From assembly GCF_009914755.1 (NCBI RefSeq), contig NC_060946.1: a stretch of DNA of 64,000 bases; one strand, 5' to 3'. Of this stretch, positions 45,901 through 57,229 are shown piece after piece. The position numbers and the translations under genes are program-made. Under the pieces are notes generated by a model. That model was not told where the DNA came from. It saw nothing but the letters and a program-made list of their open reading frames with translations, and ran no database searches. The first letter of the stretch is position 1. Every line of letters begins with the position of its first letter. Source of the stretch: the human T2T-CHM13v2.0 reference genome, Homo sapiens.

Positions 45901-48900
45901 ATTCCATTCCATTCCACTCCATTCCATTCCATTCCACTCCATTCCATTCCATTCCATTCCATTCCATTCCACTCAAGTTGATTCCGTTGCATTCAATTCC
46001 ATTCCATTGCACTTCGGTTGACTCCATTCCATTCCATTCCATTCCTTTCCATTCATTTCCATTACATTCTGTTACACTCAGGATGACTCCAGAGCATTCC
46101 ATTCCATTCCATTCAATTCCATTCCATTCCATCCCATTCGGGTTGATTCCATTCCATTCCATTCCATTCCAGTCCATTCCATTCCATTCAATTCCATTCC
46201 ATTCCTTTCCAATCGGATTGATTCCTTTCCATGCCATTCCATTCCATTCCATTCCACGCTATTCCATTGCACTCGGGTTGATCATTCCATTCCAATCCAT
46301 TTCATTCTATTCCACTTCATTCCACTCGGGTTGATTCTATTCCATTCCATTCCATTCTATTCCATTCCATTTAATTCCATTGCATTCCATTCCATTCCTT
46401 TCCACTCGTGTTGACTCCATTCCATTCCATTGCATTCCATTGCATTCCATTCCATTTCATTCTATTCCACTTCATTCCAATCGGGTTGATTCTATTCCAT
46501 TCCATTCCATTCTATTCCATTCCATTTAATTCCATTGCATTCCGTTCCATTCCTTTCCACTAGTGTTGTTTCCATTCCATTCCATTGCATTCCATTGCAT
46601 TCCATTCCATTCCATTCCATTTCATTCCTTTCCATTCCACTCGTGTTGCCTCCATTCCATTGAATTCCATTCAATTCCTTTCCATTCCATTCCATTCCAT
46701 TCCTTTCCATTCCATTCCATTCCATGCCATGCCATTCCATTCCATTTCACTCGGGTTGATTGCATTCCATTCCATTCCCATCCATTCCATTCCATTCCAT
46801 TCCACTCTGGTTGATTCCATTCCATTGCATTCCACTCGATTCCATTCCATTTCTTTCCATTCCATTCCATTCCATTCCACTCGCGGTGATTCCCTTCCGT
46901 TCCAGTCCATTGTTTTCCATTCCATTTCATTCCTTTCCACTCAGGTTAATTCCATTCTTTTCCATTTCATTCCATTCCAAACCATTCCATTCCATTCCAT
47001 TCCATTCTTTTCTATTCCATTCCACTCCACTAGGGTTGATTCCATTCCATTCCATTCCATTCCATTCCATTTGATTTTATTCCATTCCTTTCCATTCCAT
47101 TCCATTCCATTCCATTCCATTCCTTTGCATTCGAATCGGGTTGATTCCAATCCATTCCATTTCATTCCAGTGCATTCCATTCCATTCCAATCCACTCGGA
47201 ACGTTTTCATTCCGTTGAATTCCTGTCCATTCCATTCCATTCCATTCCATTCCATTCCATTGCATTCCATTCCACTCGGGTTGTTTCCATTCCATTCCAT
47301 TCCACTCAGGTTGATTCCTTTTCATTCCATTCCATTCCATTGCATTCCATTCAAATTGATTCCATTGCATTCCATTCCATTCCATTCCAGTCCACTCGGG
47401 ATGATTGCATGCCATTCCATTCCATTCCGTTCCATTCCATTCCTCTTGTTGATTCCGTTCCTTTCCATTCCATTTTATTCCATTCCATTCCATTCCATTC
47501 CATTCCATTCCATTCCATTCCATTCCATTCCATACCATTCCACTAAGGTTGATTCCATACCATTCCGTTCCATTCCAATCCATTTCTTTCCATTCCATTC
47601 CATTCCATACCATTCCACTAAGGTTGATTCCATACCATTCCGTTCCATTCCATTCCATTTCTTTCCATTCCATTCCTGTCCATTTCATTCCATTCCATTA
47701 CTTTCCACTCGGGTTGATTCCATTTCATTCCCTTCCATTCCTTTCCACTCGCGTTGATTCCATTTCATTCAATTCCATTCCTTTCCGTTCCGTTCCCTTC
47801 CATTGAATTCCATTCCATTCCATTCCATTCCATTCCATTCCATTCCATTCGGGTTGATTACTTTCCATTCCATTCCATTCTATAACATTCCATTCCAGGC
47901 CGTTCCATTCCATTCGGGTTGATACCATTCCATTCCATTCCATTCCATTCCATTCCATTCCACTCCATTGCAATCCGTTACATTCCACTCAGTTTAAATC
48001 CATTCCATTCCGTTTCAATCCATTGCATTCCACTCGATTCCACTCGGATTCAATCCATTCCATTCCATTCCATTCTATTCTTTTCCCTTCCATTCCATGG
48101 CATTCCATAAAATTCCATTCCATTCGGGTTGATTCCATTCCATTCCATTGCATTCGATTCCATTCCATTGCATTCCATTCCATTCCATTCCACTCAGGTT
48201 GATTCCATTCCATTCAATTCCATTCTATTCCACTCGGGTTGATTCCATTCTGTTCCTTTCCATTTCATTCCATTCCATTCCATTCCATTCCACTCTGGTT
48301 GATTCCATACCAATCCATTCCATTCCATTCCATTCCATTGTTTTCCATTCCATTCCATTCCAGTCGGGTTGATTCCATTCCATTCCTTTCCATTCCGTTC
48401 CATTCCATTCCGTTCCATTCCTTTCCATTCCATTCCACTCGGGCTGATTCCATTGCATTCCATTCGATTCCATTCCAATTGGGTTGATTGCATTCCATTC
48501 CATTCCATTCCATTCATTTCCATTCCGCTCAGGTTGATTCCAGAGCATTCCATTCCATTCCATTCCATTGCATTCCATTCCACTCGGGTTGATTCCATTC
48601 CATTCCAATCCATTCCATTTCACTCGGGTTGATTCCATTCTATTCCATTCCATACCATTCCACTAATATTGTTTCCATACCATTCCATTCCATTCTATTC
48701 CATTCCATTCCATTCCAATCGGGTTGATTCCATTCCATTCCATTCCATTCCATTCCCTTCCATTCGTGTCAATTCCCCTCTATTATATTCCATTCCTTTC
48801 CATTCCATTCCATTGCATTCCTTTCCATTCCATTCCATTCCACTCTAGTTGATGCCATTCCATTCCACTCCATTCCATTCCATTCCATTCCATTCCATTC

Positions 48901-51900
48901 CATTCCAGTTGATACCATTCCATTCCATTCCATCCATTGCATTCCATTCCATTCGATTCTACTCCCCTCGGGTTGATTCAATTCCATTCCACTCTTTCCA
49001 TTCCATTCCACTCATGTTGATTCCATTCCATTCCACTCGGGTTGATTCCTTTCCATTCCATTCCGTTCTGTTCCGTTCCGTTCCGTTCCATTCCATTCCA
49101 TTCCAATCAATTCCATTCCAATCGGATTGATTCCATTCCATGCCATTCCATTCCATTCCATTCCATGCCATTCCATTGCACTCGGGTTGATCATTCCATT
49201 CCAATCCATTACATTCTATTCCACTTCATTCCACTCGGGTTGATTCCATTCCATTCCATTCCATTCTATTCCACTCCATTTAATTCCATTGCATTCCATT
49301 CCATTCAATTCCATTCCATTCCACTCGGGTTGATTCCATTCCATTCCATTCCATTGCATTCCATTCCATTCCATTCCACGCGGGTTGATTCCATTCCGTT
49401 GAATTCCATTCAATTCCAATCCATTCCATTCCATTCCATTCCATTTCACTTGGGTTGATTGCATTCCATTCCATTCCCATTGATTCCATTCCATTCCATT
49501 CCACTCTAGTTGATTCCATTCCATTCAATTCCACTCCATTCCATTCCATTTCATTCCATTTCATTCCATTCTCCTAGCGGTGATTCCATTCCGTTCCACT
49601 CTATTGCATTCCATTCCATTTCATTCCTTTCCACTCGGGTTAATTCCATTCATTTCCATTCCATTCCATACCATTCCTTACCATTCCATTCCACTCCTTT
49701 CCATTCCATTCCACTCCACTCGGGTTGATTCCATTCCATTCCATTCCGTTCCATTCCATTCCTTTAAATTCCATTCCATTCCAGTTGATTTTATTCCATT
49801 CCGTTCCATTCCATTCCCTTCCATTCCATTCCATTCCATTGCATTCGAATCGTGTTGATTCCAATCCATTCCATTTCATTCCAGTCCATTCTATTCCATT
49901 CCACTCCACTCGGGTCGATCCATTCTGATGAATTCCAGTCCATTCCATTCCATTCCATGCAATTGCATTCCATTCCACTTGGGTTGCTTCCATTCCATTC
50001 CATTAGTTTCCATTCCATTCCATTCCATTCCACTCAGGTTGATTCCGTTTCATTCCATTCCATTCCAATTGATTCCATTGCATTCCATTCCATTCCATTC
50101 CATTCCATTCCACTCAGGTTGATTCCATTCCATTCCATTCCATTTCATTCCATTCCATTCCATTCCATTCCATTCCATTCATCTCGGCGTGATTCCATTC
50201 CTTTCTATTCCATTTTATTCCATTCAATTCCATTACATTCCTTTCCATACCATTCCACTAAGGTTGATTCCATACCGTTCCATTCCATTCCATTCCATTC
50301 CATTTCTTTCCATTCCTTTCCTGTCCATTTCATTCCATTCCATTCCTTTTCACTCTGGTTGATACCATTTCGTTGTATTCCATTGATTTCCACTCGAGTT
50401 GATTCCATTTCATTCAATTCCATTCCATTCCATTACGTTCCCTTCCGTTGCATTCCATTCCATTCCATTGCATTCCACTCGGTTTGATTCCATTCCTTTC
50501 TGTTCCATTCCATTCCATTCCATTCCATTCCATTCGTGTTGATTCCATTCCATTCCATTCCATTCCACTCCATTCCATTCCACTCCATTCCATTACATTC
50601 CTTTCCACTCGGGTTGATTCCATTCCATTCCATTCCAATCGATTCCACTCCATTCCATTCCACTCCATTCCATTACATTCCTTTCCACTCGGGTTGATTC
50701 CATTCCATTCCATTCCAATCCATTCCACTCCATTCCATTCCACTCCATTCCATTACATTCCTTTCCACTCGGGTTGATTCCATTCCATTCCATTCCAATC
50801 CATTCCATTCCATTCTGGTTTATTCCATTCCATTGCATTCCATTCCGTTCCGTTCCATTCCATTCCATTGCATTCTATTCCATACCCTTCCATTCCATTC
50901 CATTCCATTCATTCCTTTCCATTCCATTCCATTCCGTTCCATTCCACTATGGTTGATTTCATTCCATTCCATGCCATTCCATTCCATTCCATTTCATTCC
51001 AATCCGTTTCTTTCCACTGGTGTTTATTCCATCGCACTCCATTCCATTCCATTCCATTCCACTCCATTCCATTCCATTCCATTCCACTCGGGTTGATTCC
51101 AGAGCATTCCATTTCATTCCATTCAATTCCATTCCATTCCATCCAATTCGGGTTGATTCCATTCCATTCCATTCCATTGCATTCCATTCCATTCCATTGC
51201 ACTTGGGTTGATTCCATTCCATTCCATTCAATTCCTTTCCATTCATTTCCATTTCACTCAGGATGATTCCAGAGCCTTCCATTTCATTCCATTCAATTCC
51301 ATTCCATTCCATCCAATTCGGGTTGATTCCATTCCATTCCATTCCATTGCATTCCATTCCATTCCTTTACATTCCATTCCATTCCATTCCATTCCTTTCC
51401 ATTCCATTCCATTCCGATTGGATTGATTCCATTCCATGGCATTCCATTCCATTCCATTCCATGCCATTCCATTGCACTGAGGTTGATCATTCCATTCAAA
51501 TCCATTTCATTCTATTCCACTTCATTCCACTCGGGTTGATTCTATTCCATTCCATTCCATTCTATTCCATTCCATTTAATTCCATTGTATTTCATTCCAT
51601 TCCTTTCCACTCATGTTGATTCCATTCCATTCCATTGCATTCCATTGCATTCCATTCCATTCCATTCTTTTCCATTCCACTCGGGTTGATTCCATTCCGT
51701 TGAATTCCATTCCATTCCATTCCGTTCCTTTCCATTCCATTCCATTCCATTCCATGCCATTCCATTCCATTTCACTCGGATTGATTGCATTCCATTCCAT
51801 TCCCATCCATTCCATTCCACTCTGGTTGATTCCATTCCTTTGCATTCCACTCTATTCCATTCCATTTCATTCCATTCCATTCCATTCCATTCCATTCAAT

Positions 51901-54900
51901 TCCATTCCACTCGCGGTGATTCCCTTCCGTTCCAGTCCATTGCATTCCATTCCATTTCATTCCATTCCACTCGGGTTAATTCCATTCTTTTCCATTCCAT
52001 TCCATTCCAAACCATTCCATTCCATTCCATTCCATTCCATTCCATTCCATTCCATTCCATTCCATTCCATTCCATACCATTCCACTAAGGTTGATTCCAT
52101 ACCATTCCGTTCCATTCCAATCCATTTCTTTCCATTCCATTCCATTCCATACCATTCCACTAAGGTTGATTCCATACCATTCCGTTCCATTCCATTCCAT
52201 TTCTTTCCATTCCATTCCTGTCCATTTCATTCCATTCCATTACTTTCCACTCGGGTTGATTCCATTTCATTCCCTTCCATTCCTTTCCACTCGGGTTGAT
52301 TCCATTTCATTCAATTCCATTCCTTTCCGTTCCGTTCCCTTCCATTGAATTCCATTCCATTCCATTCCATTCCATTCCATTCCATTCCATTCCATTCCAT
52401 TCGGGTTGATTACTTTCCATTCCATTCCATTCCACTCCATTGCAATCCATTACATTCCACTCAGTTTAAATCCATTCCATTCCGTTTCAATCCATTGCAT
52501 TCCACTCGATTCCACTCGGATTCAATCCATTCCATTCCATTCCATTCTATTCTTTTCCCTTCCATTCCATGGCATTCCATAAAATTCCATTCCATTCGGG
52601 TTGATTCCATTCCATTCCATTGCATTCGATTCCATTCCATTGCATTCCATTCCATTCCATTCCACTCAGGTTGATTCCATTCCATTCAATTCCATTCTAT
52701 TCCACTCGGGTTGATTCCATTCTGTTCCTTTCCATTTCATTCCATTCCATTCCATTCCATTCCATTCCATTCCACTCTGGTTGATTCCATACCAATCCAT
52801 TCCATTCCATTCCATTCCATTGTTTTCCATTCCATTCCATTCCAGTCGGGTTGATTCCATTCCATTCCTTTCCATTCCGTTCCATTCCATTCCGTTCCAT
52901 TCCTTTCCATTCCATTCCACTCGGGCTGATTCCATTGCATTCCATTCGATTCCATTCCAATTGGGTTGATTGCATTCCATTCCATTCCATTCCATTCATT
53001 TCCATTCCGCTCAGGTTGATTCCAGAGCATTCCATTCCATTCCATTCCATTGCATTCCATTCCACTCGGGTTGATTCCATTCCATTCCAATCCATTCCAT
53101 TTCACTCGGGTTGATTCCATTCTATTCCATTCCATACCATTCCACTAATATTGTTTCCATACCATTCCATTCCATTCTATTCCATTCCATTCCATTCCAA
53201 TCGGGTTGATTCCATTCCATTCCATTCCATTCCATTCCCTTCCATTCGTGTCAATTCCCCTCTATTATATTCCATTCCTTTCCATTCCATTCCATTGCAT
53301 TCCTTTCCATTCCATTCCATTCCACTCTAGTTGATGCCATTCCATTCCACTCCATTCCATTCCATTCCATTCCATTCCATTCCATTCCAGTTGATACCAT
53401 TCCATTCCATTCCATCCATTGCATTCCATTCCATTCGATTCTACTCCCCTCGGGTTGATTCAATTCCATTCCACTCTTTCCATTCCATTCCACTCATGTT
53501 GATTCCATTCCATTCCACTCGGGTTGATTCCTTTCCATTCCATTCCGTTCTGTTCCATTCCGTTCCGTTCCATTCCATTCCATTCCAATCAATTCCATTC
53601 CAATCGGATTGATTCCATTCCATGCCATTCCATTCCATTCCATTCCATTCCATGCCATTCCATTGCACTCGGGTTGATCATTCCATTCCAATCCATTACA
53701 TTCTATTCCACTTCATTCCACTCGGGTTGATTCCATTCCATTCCATTCCATTCTATTCCACTCCATTTAATTCCATTGCATTCCATTCCATTCCATTCCA
53801 TTCCATTCCACTCGGGTTGATTCCATTCCATTCCATTCCATTGCATTCCATTCCATTCCATTCCACGCGGGTTGATTCCATTCCGTTGAATTCCATTCAA
53901 TTCCAATCCATTCCATTCCATTCCATTTCACTTGGGTTGATTGCATTCCATTCCATTCCCATTGATTCCATTCCATTCCATTCCACTCTAGTTGATTCCA
54001 TTCCATTCAATTCCACTCCATTCCATTCCATTTCATTCCATTTCATTCCATTCTCCTAGCGGTGATTCCATTCCGTTCCACTCTATTGCATTCCATTCCA
54101 TTTCATTCCTTTCCACTCGGGTTAATTCCATTCATTTCCATTCCATTCCATACCATTCCTTACCATTCCATTCCACTCCTTTCCATTCCATTCCACTCCA
54201 CTCGGGTTGATTCCATTCCATTCCATTCCGTTCCATTCCATTCCTTTAAATTCCATTCCATTCCAGTTGATTTTATTCCATTCCGTTCCATTCCATTCCC
54301 TTCCATTCCATTCCATTCCATTGCATTCGAATCGTGTTGATTCCAATCCATTCCATTTCATTCCAGTCCATTCTATTCCATTCCACTCCACTCGGGTCGA
54401 TCCATTCTGATGAATTCCAGTCCATTCCATTCCATTCCATGCAATTGCATTCCATTCCACTTGGGTTGCTTCCATTCCATTCCATTAGTTTCCATTCCAT
54501 TCCATTCCATTCCACTCAGGTTGATTCCGTTTCATTCCATTCCATTCCAATTGATTCCATTGCATTCCATTCCATTCCATTCCATTCCATTCCACTCAGG
54601 TTGATTCCATTCCATTCCATTCCATTTCATTCCATTCCATTCCATTCCATTCCATTCCATTCATCTCGGCGTGATTCCATTCCTTTCTATTCCATTTTAT
54701 TCCATTCAATTCCATTACATTCCTTTCCATACCATTCCACTAAGGTTGATTCCATACCGTTCCATTCCATTCCATTCCATTCCATTTCTTTCCATTCCTT
54801 TCCTGTCCATTTCATTCCATTCCATTCCTTTTCACTCTGGTTGATACCATTTCGTTGTATTCCATTGATTTCCACTCGAGTTGATTCCATTTCATTCAAT

Positions 54901-57229
54901 TCCATTCCATTCCATTACGTTCCCTTCCGTTGCATTCCATTCCATTCCATTGCATTCCACTCGGTTTGATTCCATTCCTTTCTGTTCCATTCCATTCCAT
55001 TCCATTCCATTCGTGTTGATTCCATTCCATTCCATTCCATTCCACTCCATTCCATTCCACTCCATTCCATTACATTCCTTTCCACTCGGGTTGATTCCAT
55101 TCCATTCCATTCCAATCGATTCCACTCCATTCCATTCCACTCCATTCCATTACATTCCTTTCCACTCGGGTTGATTCCATTCCATTCCATTCCAATCCAT
55201 TCCACTCCATTCCATTCCACTCCATTCCATTACATTCCTTTCCACTCGGGTTGATTCCATTCCATTCCATTCCAATCCATTCCATTCCATTCTGGTTTAT
55301 TCCATTCCATTGCATTCCATTCCGTTCCGTTCCATTCCATTCCATTGCATTCTATTCCATACCCTTCCATTCCATTCCATTCCATTCATTCCTTTCCATT
55401 CCATTCCATTCCGTTCCATTCCACTATGGTTGATTTCATTCCATTCCATGCCATTCCATTCCATTCCATTTCATTCCAATCCGTTTCTTTCCACTGGTGT
55501 TTATTCCATCGCACTCCATTCCATTCCATTCCATTCCACTCCATTCCATTCCATTCCATTCCACTCGGGTTGATTCCAGAGCATTCCATTTCATTCCATT
55601 CAATTCCATTCCATTCCATCCAATTCGGGTTGATTCCATTCCATTCCATTCCATTGCATTGTATTCACTCAGATTCAATCTATTCCATTCCATTCCATTC
55701 CGTTGTGTTCCATTCCATTCCACTGCATTCCATACCGTTCCATTACACTCGGGATGATTCCATTCCATTCCATTATTTTCCGTTCAATTCCATTGCATTC
55801 CATTCCATTCCATTCCACTCGGGTTGATTCCATTCCTTTCCATTCCTTTCCATTCCACTCGGGTAGATTCCATTCTGTTCCTTTCCATTTCACTCTATTC
55901 CATTCCATTCCATTCCATTCCATTCCACTCCGGTTGATTCCATTCCATTCCATTATATTCCATTCCATTTTACTCGGGTTGATTTCATTCCATTCCATTC
56001 CATTTTATGCCATTCCATCCCTTTCCATTCCATTCCTTTCCTTTCCGTTTCATTCCATTCCATTCCATTCCATTCCACTCCATTCCATTCCATTCCACTC
56101 CGATTGTTTCCATTCCATTCCATTCCTTTCCACTCGGATTGATTCCATTCCATTAAATTCCATTTTATTCCATTCCATTCCGTTCCATTCCATTCCATTC
56201 CATTCCACTTGGTTTGATTCCATTCCATTCTATTCCATTCCATTTCATTCCATTCCATTCCATTCCATTCCATTCGTGTTGATTCCATTCCATTCCATTC
56301 CATTCCATTCCATTCGGGTTGATTCTATTCCATTCCATTCCATTCCATTCCATTCCATTCCATTCCATTCCATTCGGGTTGATTCCATTGCATTCCATTC
56401 CATTCCATTCCATTCCATTCCATTCCATTCCATTCCTTTCCATTCCATTCAATTCCATTCCATTCCACTCCATTCCATTACATTCCTTTCCATTCAGGTT
56501 GATTCCTTTCCATTCCATTCCAATCCATTCCATTCCATTCCATTCCATTCCATTCCATTCCATTCCATTCCATTCCATTCCATTCGTGTTCAGTCCATTG
56601 CATTCCATTCCGTTGCATTCCATTCCATTGCATTCCATTCCATTCCATTCCATTCCACTCGGGTTCATTCCATACCATTCCATTCCATTCCATTCCATTC
56701 CATTCCATTCATTCCTTTCCATTCCATTCCATTCCAGTCGGGTTGATTCCATTCCATTCCTTTCCATTCCGTTCCATTCCATTCATTCCTTTCCATTCCA
56801 TTCCATTCCAGTCGGGTTGATTCCATTCCATTCCTTTCCATTCCATTCCAATCCATTCCTTTCCATTCCATTCCACTCGGGTTGATTCCGTTGCATTCCA
56901 TTACATTCCATTACACTTGATTTGATTCCATTCCATTCCATTCCATTCCAGTCATTTCCATTACTCTCGGGTTGATTCCACAGTATTCCATTCCATTCCA
57001 TTCCATTGCATTCCATTCCATTCCATTCCACTCCATTCCCTTCCATTCCACTCCATACATTCCATTCCATTCCACCCATATTGATTCCATTGCATTCTAT
57101 TCCCTTCCATTTCAGTTGATTCCATTGCATTCCATTCTGTTCCATTCTATTCCATTCCACTCCATTCCACCCAGGTTGATTCCACTCCGTTCCATTGCAT
57201 TACATTCCATTTCATTCCACTCGGGTTGA
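30961..57229 (+). repeat. Classical Satellite III (HSat3): (CATTC)n interspersed with ACTCGGGTTG(ATTC)
   Basis: Purer CATTC runs with the diagnostic CACTCGGGTTGATTCC spacer recurring every few tens to ~200 bp. The last spacer ends at ~57,229, immediately before beta satellite. Confidence 0.95.
35600..55660 (+). repeat. Higher-order repeat within Satellite III: ~4.4-4.65 kb dimer of ~2.2 kb A/B subunits
   Basis: The landmark GATGAATTCCAGTCC...GCAATTGC...GGGTTGCTTCC...CATTAGTTTCC occurs at ~40,910, 45,277, 49,928 and 54,410. Identical ORF translations are offset by 4,482 bp (49852..50487 vs 54334..54969; 48369 vs 52851; 48769 vs 53251). Confidence 0.85.

Noticed and set aside
31086-57229. Dozens of MEWNG and IPFHS ORFs on both strands as protein-coding genes
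   Set aside because: They are direct translations of the satellite. Identical ORFs simply track the tandem duplications.
31000-57229. Regularly spaced ACTCGGGTTG as a CRISPR repeat or recombination-site array
   Set aside because: It is the long-known Satellite III spacer, and the intervening DNA is CATTC repeat rather than unique sequence.
31000-57229. DUX4 binding sites or heat-shock elements in the satellite (feedback loop idea)
   Set aside because: By eye I found TGATTCCATT/TGATTGCATT and isolated TTCGAA, but no clear TAAYYYAATCA match or triple inverted nGAAn array. A PWM scan would be needed before claiming either.
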